Shown: positions 45,713-55,422 of the stretch, one piece after another
Numbering within the stretch: position 1 is the first letter of the stretch
Layout of the letters: each line of letters opens with the position of its first letter
Virus record (IMG/VR): IMGVR_UViG_3300026557_000002
Coordinates: 1 to 64,000 of that record
DNA from: a virus
DNA length: 64,000 nucleotides
Reading direction: 5' to 3' (one strand)
Translations under genes and position numbers: made by a program
Notes under the pieces: model-generated
Database searches by the model: none
Seen by the model: only the letters and a program-made list of their open reading frames with translations
Told to the model about the DNA's origin: nothing

Positions 45713-46482
45713 TGAAATCTGTAGTCGTAATGCCGGTTTGCCGGAGACCGGAGTTCTTGGCTCTCAGCTTAGAGAAATTAGAACTCGCTGGCGGCCTTGA
45801 TCTAGATGTAAGAATTTATGCGGACACGGGGACAGACCTCGAATCTGTCTCCTTTGTTCGTGACCAGTATTTCCCTTCAGCAATGATCTTCCAAGCTAAA
45901 CCCCATCCTAAAGCACCCTCCGGAACATTTAACATACTCAATTCCATAGCTGCGGGGTATCATGCTGGCGGTGATTTGATTTACCACGTCGAAGAAGATG
46001 TAATGGTACGCTCTGGGTTTTTTGCTTTCCACGAGGCCCAGCATTCGCTATTCGCGAATCGCGAATCCAGAATACTGGCGACTTGCGGCCGTCAGGTTAA
46101 ATATTTCATGGACAACTTCGGGGACTTGTACAGTAACCCGGGATCCTGTTTATCTCGCCGGCTAGTCGAAGCCTTGATCCCGCATCTCTGCTCAGCGTAT
46201 TACGCCGACCAAGAAGGCTACCTGAACGCAAACTTCGAGCCCTGGCCAGAAATGAGTAAGCTCGATGACGGCCTGATTCGGAGAGTGATCCGCCAGCTAG
46301 ACGGCCGAGTCGTGTCGGCTAACCCGGGAGTTTGCGCGCACCAAGGGTTCAGGTACTACGATAAGTTGTCGATATACAGGAATGAAGAGACCGTGATCGA
46401 GGCCAGGATTTCTCGTTTAAGGCGGATCTTAGCCGATGTCAGGCCGGGAGATCGGTACGCGAGGGATTTTGAACCGTTTTGA
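45712..46482 (+). CDS. Glycosyltransferase (GT-A fold, GT2-like)
   Basis: VVMPVCRRPEFL, YHVEEDV (DxD-like), DDG and H.G motifs. Confidence 0.72.
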   Translation: MKSVVVMPVCRRPEFLALSLEKLELAGGLDLDVRIYADTGTDLESVSFVRDQYFPSAMIFQAKPHPKAPSGTFNILNSIAAGYHAGGDLIYHVEEDVMVRSGFFAFHEAQHSLFANRESRILATCGRQVKYFMDNFGDLYSNPGSCLSRRLVEALIPHLCSAYYADQEGYLNANFEPWPEMSKLDDGLIRRVIRQLDGRVVSANPGVCAHQGFRYYDKLSIYRNEETVIEARISRLRRILADVRPGDRYARDFEPF

Positions 46483-46500
46483 TAATCACCTCTTCGGTGA

Positions 46501-46692
46501 TTATCGCTTTGGCTCAACGAATCCATTCACTTCCATGAAGTTCCGTCCCGCTTGCTCAAACGCTAATGCTACACATTGTTCAGCAAACTGTGGATCGAGG
46601 CCGATGGCTATAGCTTTATCCATCAGTTCTTTCCTGATCTTCATCAATTCCGCCTCGATAGATTCCATCGAGAATGCACTGTAGTCTTCCAT
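46501..46692 (-). CDS. Hypothetical protein
   Basis: RBS GGAGG. Confidence 0.65.
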   Translation of the reverse strand: MEDYSAFSMESIEAELMKIRKELMDKAIAIGLDPQFAEQCVALAFEQAGRNFMEVNGFVEPKR

Positions 46693-46724
46693 CCTGCCTC
46701 CTGATAATCAATCGCCCTTGTTTT

Positions 46725-47069
46725 TCATTCTTGCTTCGTCATTAATCTAGGCCACCAAGCGTTGGGGTTTACCATCGTGACTGTCTGCCACTCGGCTCCC
46801 GTAGCCTTAGCCCTGGCACCACCGCCGCCACCGCTTAGTGGTTTGTTCCCTGGGACGTGTGTCGGATCATAATCCTTCTTCGGCTGTGGTTTGTCGTCGG
46901 CATCAGCCGGAACCAACCTGCTTAAGAATTCGTCCCCGACTTCAATCTTCTTTCCGTTCTCTAGCTCTAACCGGTGTACGATCCCGGAAGAAGAAAGAAT
47001 TCGTCCCAAGTACAAAAAATACATCGGCTTTGTCCCGATTACATGTTTGAGCCAATCTCCTGGTTTCAT
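46725..47069 (-). CDS. Hypothetical protein
   Basis: Operon packing. Confidence 0.6.
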   Translation of the reverse strand: MKPGDWLKHVIGTKPMYFLYLGRILSSSGIVHRLELENGKKIEVGDEFLSRLVPADADDKPQPKKDYDPTHVPGNKPLSGGGGGARAKATGAEWQTVTMVNPNAWWPRLMTKQE

Positions 47070-47071
47070 GG

Positions 47072-47263
47072 CTAGGGCTGCTCCGTCTCCTGCTGTGCCC
47101 GCTCTGGCAACTCTTCACTCCAAGCAATTGGGTCGATTGCGTTGTGCGTCCGTGCAAATAATTCTTTGCCAACCGTTTCGCGCACTTGTTCTAAAGTCTC
47201 GCCAGACACATCGAAATGGTCTTCTGTGCCGTCATTGTGTTCAAAGTGGATTCGGAATCTCAT
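47072..47263 (-). CDS. Hypothetical protein
   Basis: ATGA overlap with the upstream gene. Confidence 0.6.
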   Translation of the reverse strand: MRFRIHFEHNDGTEDHFDVSGETLEQVRETVGKELFARTHNAIDPIAWSEELPERAQQETEQP

Positions 47264-48162
47264 GCGCCCGGCCCCTTACGCGCCAGTTCCGCTCGCAGGG
47301 CGACAGCGAATTCATTCAGTGCCAATCGGCGATTGGCAAAGTTCAACGCATCGGCGATCAAAGCTAAGCTTTGTGGATGTGCTGCGTGGTCTCGAATCAG
47401 AGGCGCTTTACCTGAAACATGGACAACGGCCTTACCGTCCACAAACCAGTTGTTCACAGGCGAAGTAAGTATACCGTGCAGCTTCTCGCTAAGCTCCCGC
47501 AACCCTTCGAACGCGGGGGCAGCTGGCTGGCGTGTCGCTAGGGCGGACTCCAGCCCACGAATATCTCTTTTCTGCTGGCGGCAAGAAGGGCAGTCGGTAT
47601 CAAGCATTTCTTTGCCGCCGCAACATTCATCAACTTCTGCTTGCCACATTCCCACTAGCCCCACCACGCTGTCCGGCTGGGCACTCGCTGGCGCTTTTAC
47701 GCACGTCCCTAGCAAGTGTCTGATTCCGTCTTGCACTTCAGCCATTGGCACTCGGCAGTACGGGCAGTGCGTGCTCTCCCAAGTGTTACGCCAGCCAATC
47801 GGTGGCGTCGGGGTGGCGGTTGCGGGGGCGGAAGTGTTGGTTAGGGTCTCGACGGCGAAGCGAAATATCCACTGCATTCCACCAGTATCGCCTTCCAAAA
47901 GATACTGCCCGTGCCAACTATCGACTTGCTCCTCACCACACGCTACTGCACGGATTCTCACCAGTGCCGCTCGCAGCGTCTCTTCCCTCGGCGGCTGCCC
48001 CAGCGCATCCTGTGGTTCGCGGAGGTCAGCAACGAATCGTTCAGCCAATTCAATCATGTCCTGCACAGCAGCCTTCGTCTCTGGATAGACAAATTTCACA
48101 CTACCCGTTCGCATCTTCTCGATGTAGGATTCCCACTTGTTAATCAGCTTCGTCGTGTCCAT
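47260..48162 (-). CDS. Hypothetical mosaic accessory protein
   Basis: ATG at 48162 after GGAGGAG; Cys pairs. Confidence 0.55.
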   Translation of the reverse strand: MDTTKLINKWESYIEKMRTGSVKFVYPETKAAVQDMIELAERFVADLREPQDALGQPPREETLRAALVRIRAVACGEEQVDSWHGQYLLEGDTGGMQWIFRFAVETLTNTSAPATATPTPPIGWRNTWESTHCPYCRVPMAEVQDGIRHLLGTCVKAPASAQPDSVVGLVGMWQAEVDECCGGKEMLDTDCPSCRQQKRDIRGLESALATRQPAAPAFEGLRELSEKLHGILTSPVNNWFVDGKAVVHVSGKAPLIRDHAAHPQSLALIADALNFANRRLALNEFAVALRAELARKGPGA

Positions 48163-48251
48163 TCGCTCCTCCGCCTTCACTTGGCCCGCCATCCCTGGCT
48201 TCTCTTTCACATAAGTATGAACCGCTGGATTATCGAACTCGTTTCGCTCAC

Positions 48252-48473
48252 TCACTTTGCGGACCTCTTGCGCTTGCGGGGCACTGAGCGTCCAGCTACC
48301 GCTTCGCATCCGGCCATGAACGCTCGCCACAAGCGATTCTCTAGAAATTGCCCCGATGCGTTTGCCCAAGTACAGCGTCTGCCTTCATCCGATTCAAGCC
48401 AGCGAGTCCACGCGATTGCATCCTCGTGACGCGAAACTTCCCGCACCGCCCCTGCTCTCTTCTGTTTGCTCAT
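48252..48473 (-). CDS. Hypothetical protein
   Basis: ATG at 48473 after GGAG; ATGA coupling. Confidence 0.5.
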   Translation of the reverse strand: MSKQKRAGAVREVSRHEDAIAWTRWLESDEGRRCTWANASGQFLENRLWRAFMAGCEAVAGRSVPRKRKRSAK

Positions 48474-48799
48474 GGCTTCTCCAGCTTCTCTAGGGCGGCG
48501 TTCCACTTCGCTTTTAGCGCGTCCCAATCCTCGGCGTATCCGCTCGCATCGCTCCAGTCATGCATCGCCTGCCCAGAGTTCAACAATGCCGATATCCCTG
48601 ATTTTTTCTCGCTCAACCCACAATCGCAATTCCGCCTAACCTGCTCTTCCGAAGTCGCTGGGAACGCGTGACATCTACCACGGTGTTGCATGTAAGGAGC
48701 CAGCTTGCGCACCACCGCCTCCATGCGCTTCATGGCAGCCACCACGATGCAATAGCCGCTATCGTTAGAACTACAAGTAGCGTCCAAATTTTCCATCCC
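48470..48799 (-). CDS. Hypothetical protein (start uncertain)
   Basis: H..RC......CDCGL motif; coupled to the downstream gene. Confidence 0.45.
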   Translation of the reverse strand, partial: GMENLDATCSSNDSGYCIVVAAMKRMEAVVRKLAPYMQHRGRCHAFPATSEEQVRRNCDCGLSEKKSGISALLNSGQAMHDWSDASGYAEDWDALKAKWNAALEKLEKP

Positions 48800-48976
48800 G
48801 GCTTGCTCATTTCTTGCGCTCCTCAATGGCCTGGTCCAGCGCGGCGAACCGCTCATTTTCCATTCTTCTGATCGCCTCGAATGCGGTATCACACGCGTTC
48901 TTGAAAGCTCCAGGAGTGCGTACCCGAGACCTGCGGTCCGGCGTCGGTCGAGTCATTTGCCTTCGGTCTCCGCGGA

Positions 48977-49189
48977 TCATGCTGCCCCCAATCTGAAACC
49001 TAAATTTCTTTTAATCTGTTCTTCCAAAGAGATTGATAGAAATTTTCCCGCAGCTTCTTCTGGTGTCAATGCTCTAACTTCAAAATCCGTACCTGCCAGA
49101 AACCAAATGACGGGATAAGGATAAAGACCTGTTAGCCCTAACCTTTTTCTCGCTTCCCCGTTCTGTTGTTGAAATTCCTTATACGTCAC
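48977..49189 (-). CDS. Hypothetical protein
   Basis: GTG start overlapping the integrase stop (GTGA). Confidence 0.45.
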   Translation of the reverse strand: MTYKEFQQQNGEARKRLGLTGLYPYPVIWFLAGTDFEVRALTPEEAAGKFLSISLEEQIKRNLGFRLGAA

Positions 49190-50067
49190 GTTGCACCCAG
49201 CCTGAACCCGAGTCCTGCCCGCTGTGCCCATTCGCGGCGTGTAACCAAATCGCTGGAGGTTTTGTCATAGCGATCCGTTATATCCCCGTTTTTAGAGTGT
49301 CCGGCCCAAAACTTAACCAGACCTTCTGGGGCGCCAGCCTTCCTGAGCTGGGTAATTCGGAACCGGCGGAAAGCGTGGAACCCGACGCCGACGCCGTCAG
49401 AAGCCATCTGTCTCCGGTTCTTTTGGTAATCCCCTCGAAACATCCGGCCAGTCTTGTCTCCAAGAAGATCGATCAAGAGGCCATTCAGGTCCGCAGAAAT
49501 GTCCACTTCGCGGGTACCCGCATCTGTCTTAGTCTCCCGGATGACTACCGTAGAGGTCTCAGGGTTCCAGAAGTTGCCGTTCCCGGCGTCCTGGACGGTC
49601 AGGGAGAGGGCTTCGGCTATCCTTAGCCCTGAGCCAGCCAGAAGAGCGTAAAGTGCCTTATTCTCGCCCTGCGAGGCTTTCAGGACATTCTCTACGTCCT
49701 CTGAAGTAACCACTGGCGCCGCCTGCTCTTTAGGATTGATGATCGGAAGGTCCACGAAGTCGTTATTCCAGGTACGTGGGAAGATCTGGTTACCGGTATT
49801 CGGATCTACTGCGGAAGCCACGACCGCTTTGATGACCGATGCGATCCCGGTAATACTCGAGGCGGACAAGCCGTCTTCGGTCAGGCCGGCGACCAGAGTC
49901 TTTAGAACCCCGTTGTCGATCTCCCCAAGGTCCTTTTCACCGATCTTTGGCAGGATATGGTTCACCAGATAAGACTGGTAGATGACCGCGGTCCTAGGCT
50001 TGATAGGCTCCCGACGACGGTTCTGGCTCTCGGTCATGAACATCTCGGCTCTGGTTTTAAAGTTCAT
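49186..50067 (-). CDS. Tyrosine recombinase/integrase
   Basis: SGLRIAEALSL (R), TKT (K), FHAFRR (HxxR), WAGH and TDRY (Y) motifs. Confidence 0.9.
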   Translation of the reverse strand: MNFKTRAEMFMTESQNRRREPIKPRTAVIYQSYLVNHILPKIGEKDLGEIDNGVLKTLVAGLTEDGLSASSITGIASVIKAVVASAVDPNTGNQIFPRTWNNDFVDLPIINPKEQAAPVVTSEDVENVLKASQGENKALYALLAGSGLRIAEALSLTVQDAGNGNFWNPETSTVVIRETKTDAGTREVDISADLNGLLIDLLGDKTGRMFRGDYQKNRRQMASDGVGVGFHAFRRFRITQLRKAGAPEGLVKFWAGHSKNGDITDRYDKTSSDLVTRREWAQRAGLGFRLGAT

Positions 50068-50076
50068 AATGAAATC

Positions 50077-50104
50077 AGTCTACCACAAGCTCTTTGATTG
50101 TCAA
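50077..50104 (-). promoter_or_regulatory. sigma70-type promoter of the integrase (near-leaderless)
   Basis: TTGACA-16-TAGACT with TG; ATG 10 nt downstream; no SD. Confidence 0.6.
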
Positions 50105-50126
50105 GAAGTATTTTCAAAAAAAAGTA

Positions 50127-51098
50127 CTAGTCATTTTTAGTACTCTCATTCAGTGTAAAGCCGAGCGTGTATCCTACAGTTGATTTCTGTCCCATTTTAG
50201 GCATCTTAATAACGTCTTTAATGTTGCCTCGGAGTCGCTTCAGGGTCAAATCGTAATCAATTTTTAAACATAGAGTTGCGACTACGAGTTCTCGAAGATG
50301 AGCCAACCCCATGCCGTCTGTATCATCAACCATACGTTGGACCTGCGACGCCGGGATCGCGCCTTTGATTAAATACTCTAAGTACGTCTTGCGGGCGTCG
50401 GCTATCGGCGGATTCAAGCCAACAATAAGATCGAATCGCCCGGGCCGTTTAATCAGACGATCTTCCAAAACGTCAGGCTTGTTAGTCGTAGCCAAATGGA
50501 TGATGTTATCGACTTGTTTTTCCCCATCGAGAAAACTCAAAACATCGGATTCTTGTTCTTTATCATCCATCATTTTCTCGATATCTTCAAAAATAGTCAT
50601 GACGGGGCGTCTGGGTTCGATTTCGCGTAAGTGCTGGATGATTTGTGATGTCGTTTCTATCTTCGTGACCGATATCACGACGCCGTCGCGTCTAATGACT
50701 TCATCGCATAACAGGCGAATAATGCTAGTTTTGCCGCAGCCTGCCGGACCATAAAACATAATACCGCGCTTGAATAACAGACCCGTTTGTTTAAACACGT
50801 CTTCTTGGCCCCAGAAATTTTTGATTTGGCCAAGAATGAAATCCGTAGGCATCCCAGGCAAAATAAATAGACTATCAGCAGGAAATTTAATTTCGCGAGC
50901 GTAGATGTTATCGTCATTATCCATCCGAGCCTCATAAACCCCGTTCGGCAATCTCGTATGAGTAGCATTCGTGGGATAGAAGCGGCTTTTCCGCTTAGAC
51001 CAATGCGTATGATCTTTTGGCTTATTTACATATTCCCAGTCTAGATCTATGTCTTCAGGCATGAGTTTTTTATCTCCACTGTAATATTGCTCGGACAT
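50127..51098 (-). CDS. AAA+ ATPase
   Basis: RGIMFYGPAGCGKT, IFEDIE, TTN and RPGRFD motifs. Confidence 0.9.
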   Translation of the reverse strand: MSEQYYSGDKKLMPEDIDLDWEYVNKPKDHTHWSKRKSRFYPTNATHTRLPNGVYEARMDNDDNIYAREIKFPADSLFILPGMPTDFILGQIKNFWGQEDVFKQTGLLFKRGIMFYGPAGCGKTSIIRLLCDEVIRRDGVVISVTKIETTSQIIQHLREIEPRRPVMTIFEDIEKMMDDKEQESDVLSFLDGEKQVDNIIHLATTNKPDVLEDRLIKRPGRFDLIVGLNPPIADARKTYLEYLIKGAIPASQVQRMVDDTDGMGLAHLRELVVATLCLKIDYDLTLKRLRGNIKDVIKMPKMGQKSTVGYTLGFTLNESTKND

Positions 51099-51100
51099 AT

Positions 51101-51511
51101 TTACCACAAATCGTGAAATGCGCCGTGCTCCGACAAATCCACCATACAAGCCTGCCATCGGATCCCGTGAGAGTCAAGTTCTTTCCCGTCCGTCTTGATA
51201 TGGCATTGTTCATGAAGCAAGGTCAATCGTGCCTGGCGAGGAACCGGATTCGTCTTCCGGTCGATTCTGATCTGGCGAACACCGTTTGTGTCTACCCAAG
51301 TGGCGCCCATGTCGCCTTTGCTCTCCCCATCCGTCATGTCTGACCAGAGAACATTAACTTTCTTTGGCAACTGGCCCAGGAAGTAATCCCGGTTGAAGTC
51401 TGCGTAGTCCTGCTCTAGGGCGCAAATCTCTCCGGCCTTGGCCGCTTGGGTGATCAGAAACCAGATTACGGCTAAGAGGATGGTTATGATGACCTTGGTT
51501 CTAATTTTCAT
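51101..51511 (-). CDS. SprT-like metalloprotease with signal peptide
   Basis: FNRDYF.G.L, LLHEQCH and HG..W motifs; paralog-like to 7684..8001. Confidence 0.75.
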   Translation of the reverse strand: MKIRTKVIITILLAVIWFLITQAAKAGEICALEQDYADFNRDYFLGQLPKKVNVLWSDMTDGESKGDMGATWVDTNGVRQIRIDRKTNPVPRQARLTLLHEQCHIKTDGKELDSHGIRWQACMVDLSEHGAFHDLW

Positions 51512-51998
51512 TCTCGATCCTCTTTAATTCTTGTTCTGAAATCATTGCGCCGCCATAAGGGTCGTCTACCAAATGCCCATCTATGACCGAAACGAACTCG
51601 AAAACTCCGTGCGGGTCATGATCGCCTTTAAAGATGATTTCTACGATATCCCGAGTCCAGTTGGTCGGGCAAGTGTGCTCATCATAGAAATATCGCTGAT
51701 GGCTTTCGTAGTCTTCAGATGTCATGCCTTGGCTATGCGCGTATTTCCAAGCATTTAATTTCAAGATAATCTTAGGTTCTGTTACGGATTGTAAAGTTAC
51801 GGTTACAGGAGTATTCTTTTTCCCTGTAGAAATTGTCCTGAAGTCAGTCTCGGATACCCTTTCAATATCGACGTTCTCTTGGCACTCATTGCATGACCAA
51901 TTCGTCTTAAATCCTACGCTGATTTGATCAGCACGCCAACTACCTTTGGAGCAACTAGGACATGGGATGTACAGTCGAATCTTCGCTTGAACTATCAT
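51501..51998 (-). CDS. Hypothetical protein with Zn ribbon
   Basis: CPSC...CNEC; FYDEHTCPTN. Confidence 0.7.
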   Translation of the reverse strand: MIVQAKIRLYIPCPSCSKGSWRADQISVGFKTNWSCNECQENVDIERVSETDFRTISTGKKNTPVTVTLQSVTEPKIILKLNAWKYAHSQGMTSEDYESHQRYFYDEHTCPTNWTRDIVEIIFKGDHDPHGVFEFVSVIDGHLVDDPYGGAMISEQELKRIENEN

Positions 51999-52434
51999 TA
52001 ACCACCTCCAGATTCAAATCCGTTGCCAACTTTTCTAACATGACCAGAGTATTCTCTTCCTCTGATTTGGCTTCCTGAAAATTGACGCAGTACGCGGATA
52101 AGGCGTCGAAAGCAGTCTCGTAGGTCGCGTAAGGCCCATTCTCCAGATTCCAGCTTTGCTCGTAAAACCAGAAAGTTCCGTCTGTGTGCTCATGAAGCGG
52201 ATCGCCGTCCGCCTTATCGTAGTTGCAGACAGGTTCAGTCGGCGGCCGAAGGATCGCGAGGTCTGCGGCCTTGCCGAGTTCTTTGACCAGTTTAAGCTGC
52301 CGGCCAGTGGACTCGCCCTGTCGGAAGGCTACGACCTTGGCGTAATTCAGGTTGTCTGGCAAAAACTCTCCGTCCGCCAGGATCACGACGATGACCTGGA
52401 TTCCATTCTCGACTTTTTTGCCTATGACCATCAA
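51955..52434 (-). CDS. Hypothetical protein
   Basis: Abuts the methylase stop. Confidence 0.65.
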   Translation of the reverse strand: MMVIGKKVENGIQVIVVILADGEFLPDNLNYAKVVAFRQGESTGRQLKLVKELGKAADLAILRPPTEPVCNYDKADGDPLHEHTDGTFWFYEQSWNLENGPYATYETAFDALSAYCVNFQEAKSEEENTLVMLEKLATDLNLEVVNDSSSEDSTVHPMS

Positions 52435-53670
52435 TCATCCCTTGATTATCATTTCTACTTCCTGAATCCTTCTGCCTATCCAAGCCATTACAGGGACGGC
52501 CATACTGTTCCCGAGGGCTTTGTACCGAGGGCCGTCCGCCGCTTTCTTGCCTATCGGGATCAGCGTATAATCGTCTGGAAATCCCTGAAGCCGCTCGCAC
52601 TCCTTTGGGGTCAAGCGACGAACCAAGGACTTGGTGCAGTCTGCACCAAGTCGGCCGCTTCTATGGCAAGAGCCTGAGGCTCTATCCGCATTTGAACCGA
52701 TTGTACCCGAAATCTCCCCGATATCAATATTTGATCCTTTGGTCTGAAAAGCTATAATCGGCTGTCCTCGTCCTGTACCATCTTCGCTACCGTCAAAGCC
52801 ATCGGCTTTCAAGGCGTGGGTTTTTGTTCCTGTAACGCAAACTAGATCTGATGCACTCTTATAGTCTCTCGCGGACACCGTGGATGCCACCGTGTCGGTT
52901 CCGTATTTTCCGGTAGATTGACGATCAAATGTTTGAATCACCCCCGTCGTGTAATTAAGACTATACCCGCCTGTTTTCTTAGCTTGAATAGTTCCTGACA
53001 ATTCTTCATCACCTAACTGTAGATTTCGGAAATCTACAGTTTTGATTCCACCCCTTCTCTCAGTGCTTTGTCTAATTGGGGGGGAAGAGATTCGCCTCTT
53101 TTTTCTGCCCTTCTCAGGATTCCCTGACAGGCTTTCGCGCTCAAAAAGTACCGCTGCAGCAGGACGCCAGTCTCCAAGATATCCGACAACAAAGACTCGG
53201 CGACGTCTTTGGGGAACTCCGAAGTACCGAGCGTCCAGGATTCGGTAAGCGAACCCATACCCGAGTTCTTGAATCGCCCCGAGGAAGGAGCCAAAATCCC
53301 GTCCTTTTGAACTGCTAAGAACTCCGGGGACGTTTTCCCAAACGAACCACCTAGGCCGTTTAATGTCAACAAGTCTGAGAAATTCAAGGCATAAGTTGCC
53401 ACGAGGATCAGCCAGTCCTTTTCGGAGACCGGCGACGGAGAAAGACTGGCAGGGGGTGCCTCCAACAAGAAGGTTGATTTCGCTTTCTTGGAAGATTTTG
53501 TTCTCATATAGCTTCGTCATATCTCCTAAATCGGGAATCTGAGGATAGTGGTGTGCCAAGACGGCTTTAGGAAACTTCTCTATCTCAGATAACCACTGTG
53601 GCTGCCAGCCTAGAGGGTGCCAGGCTACCGAAGCCGCCTCGATTCCTGAACAAACCGATCCGTATTTCAT
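52435..53670 (-). CDS. dcm: DNA (cytosine-5) methyltransferase
   Basis: SVCSGIE (I), GGTPCQSFS (IV), WENV (VI), QRRRRVF (VIII), RRLTP.ECERLQGF (IX), LGNS (X). Confidence 0.95.
   Translation of the reverse strand: MKYGSVCSGIEAASVAWHPLGWQPQWLSEIEKFPKAVLAHHYPQIPDLGDMTKLYENKIFQESEINLLVGGTPCQSFSVAGLRKGLADPRGNLCLEFLRLVDIKRPRWFVWENVPGVLSSSKGRDFGSFLGAIQELGYGFAYRILDARYFGVPQRRRRVFVVGYLGDWRPAAAVLFERESLSGNPEKGRKKRRISSPPIRQSTERRGGIKTVDFRNLQLGDEELSGTIQAKKTGGYSLNYTTGVIQTFDRQSTGKYGTDTVASTVSARDYKSASDLVCVTGTKTHALKADGFDGSEDGTGRGQPIIAFQTKGSNIDIGEISGTIGSNADRASGSCHRSGRLGADCTKSLVRRLTPKECERLQGFPDDYTLIPIGKKAADGPRYKALGNSMAVPVMAWIGRRIQEVEMIIKG
53034..53507 (-). CDS. Overprinted alternative-frame ORF inside the C5 methylase (beta-polypeptide-like)
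   Basis: 157 aa open frame ending LSDILE....RYFLSAKACQGILRRAEKRG..LP..L..AL. Confidence 0.5.
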   Translation of the reverse strand: MRTKSSKKAKSTFLLEAPPASLSPSPVSEKDWLILVATYALNFSDLLTLNGLGGSFGKTSPEFLAVQKDGILAPSSGRFKNSGMGSLTESWTLGTSEFPKDVAESLLSDILETGVLLQRYFLSAKACQGILRRAEKRGESLPPQLDKALREGVESKL

Positions 53671-53718
53671 TCCCTTGATTTCCTTTTAAAACAGGTACGA
53701 TTCAATGACAACTATTGC

Positions 53719-54051
53719 TTACTGATTTGGCCTTCTCTGCGTCAATGCTTCCCGCTTTTCAACATGAAGCATCTGCATGCGCTCAATCGTCCTTTTCATC
53801 CTGATCTCTTCGTCATTCAACTCGTCTAGTAAAACACGGAATTCTTCGTATGTCAAGACCTTTTTATCTTTTTCTTCTACGGCGACCTTATCGAAGGATC
53901 TCTTCAAAACGGTGAACTCTTCGCCGCTGGGCCCGATTACCTGATAGAAGCCTCCGCCCGCCGTCAGCTTGGCCTTGACTTGGGTCCCTTGTACCAAATA
54001 CGTCTTGTACCCGTCGATCTCCATCAAACCCTCCCTAGGTGGCATTTGCAA
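53719..54051 (-). CDS. Hypothetical protein
   Basis: ORF in the leftward operon; start uncertain. Confidence 0.6.
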   Translation of the reverse strand: MQMPPREGLMEIDGYKTYLVQGTQVKAKLTAGGGFYQVIGPSGEEFTVLKRSFDKVAVEEKDKKVLTYEEFRVLLDELNDEEIRMKRTIERMQMLHVEKREALTQRRPNQ

Positions 54052-54193
54052 TCACACGGCTCGCCGGCCCCGCCGATCTTGCCGTCAAACTTATGCCCGC
54101 ACTTTGGGCAAACCGTCGCCATACAGACGTTCGTGCTAGACTTTGCCGCTGGCTTAATGGCGAACGGAAAGGGCTCCAGATCTTTGTATTCGG

Positions 54194-54379
54194 TCATTCT
54201 GTCTCCAAGTAACCGATGAACTCTTTCCAGGCTTTAGACTTCGTATCAATCAGACTCGTCACGCCCGACTCTGGCCAGATGATGTGAACTGTCGATCCGG
54301 ACTGTATCACTTCTCCTAGCTCGTTGTCAAGCAGGACTATCGTGCCGACAGGAAGCGCTTGGAGTAATTCCGGAGCCAT
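54194..54379 (-). CDS. Hypothetical protein
   Basis: RBS AAGGA. Confidence 0.55.
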   Translation of the reverse strand: MAPELLQALPVGTIVLLDNELGEVIQSGSTVHIIWPESGVTSLIDTKSKAWKEFIGYLETE

Positions 54380-54649
54380 CTAAATCCGTCCTTTATCTGC
54401 AGCCAACCGTGCGAGTCGATAAACGTCATCCAAATCTGGAGATTCTGTGCCCCAAACACCCCATGCTGAGGGCACAGAAAAAACTCAAAAACTTCTCTCA
54501 CTTCGGTCTCGATTCAATTAATTTTTCGACGTACGCGTTTACAATCAAAATCTCCTCACGAGTCAATTTTTGACGGATATCGTCAAACCTGTTTCTAGCT
54601 TCTTGATCCTCGGTAATCATAACCCATCGACGATAGCCTTCGGGGAACA

Positions 54650-54994
54650 TTAAAATTTCTTTCCTCCGTGTTTATACGGCCTGGATTCATTGAACGCCAT
54701 TTTAGCAATAACGGCCTCGGCGACCCTAAGATTGAAATGGTAGGCGCTATCCATTATTCGGATGATCACGTCGGCGAACTCTTCTTCGGCTCCCGTAAAT
54801 TCTGGAATGTGATCGCTAGGAGGGTCTCCGTGCCGATAGGACTCCAAGGCTTCGGACAATTCTGAGTGCATCAAGGCTATCACTTCGCCAAAATTCTTCG
54901 GCTCTTCATGAAATCCATGATCTTTGCTGATGTTATAGGCGGTGTACTGTTTGCTTGTGAATGCCTGAACGAAAGCGTTGTCTTGTAATCCCAT
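54650..54994 (-). CDS. MazG-like NTP pyrophosphohydrolase
   Basis: IALMHSELSEALE...EEEFADVIIRIMD...KM..N..R..KHGGK. Confidence 0.85.
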   Translation of the reverse strand: MGLQDNAFVQAFTSKQYTAYNISKDHGFHEEPKNFGEVIALMHSELSEALESYRHGDPPSDHIPEFTGAEEEFADVIIRIMDSAYHFNLRVAEAVIAKMAFNESRPYKHGGKKF

Positions 54995-55148
54995 TACATT
55001 ATCCTCACTGCGACCATAATACCGGTGGCCGAGACCCAATAAAGAACTCGCTTCCAATCGCCTTGGAGAGCGTAACCGATAGCTGCACAAACGTCAAGAA
55101 CTATGCCGACGGAGACGAAGAAATTGCCCCAGTTGATATTATGTAAAA

Positions 55149-55403
55149 TCATGATTTCGGATACGCCACCGAGAACGTACTCCTGAATTCCGGTCGGAAC
55201 TGGTTAACGCCATGATTCACGATGCCACCTTTGCCGAGCGCGGTGTATTGGATAAAATGGCTCTTTCCGGTAACTTCATTCGAGCTAAACCTGATGACCT
55301 TGCGCTCGTTCTCGTCTCCGTCTCGGAGTTCTTGAAACAAACGGTCGCGCTGGTCTTTGTCCGCCATCGTCAGGACTTCAAATTCTGTGAATGGTTTTTT
55401 CAT
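55149..55403 (-). CDS. Hypothetical protein
   Basis: ORF packing. Confidence 0.6.
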   Translation of the reverse strand: MKKPFTEFEVLTMADKDQRDRLFQELRDGDENERKVIRFSSNEVTGKSHFIQYTALGKGGIVNHGVNQFRPEFRSTFSVAYPKS

Positions 55404-55422
55404 GGAATTACGTTTAGTCCCC

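Noticed and set aside
47216-48429. Long plus-strand ORFs (290 aa, 172 aa)
   Set aside because: Antisense shadows of coupled minus-strand genes that have RBSs; composition is not protein-like.
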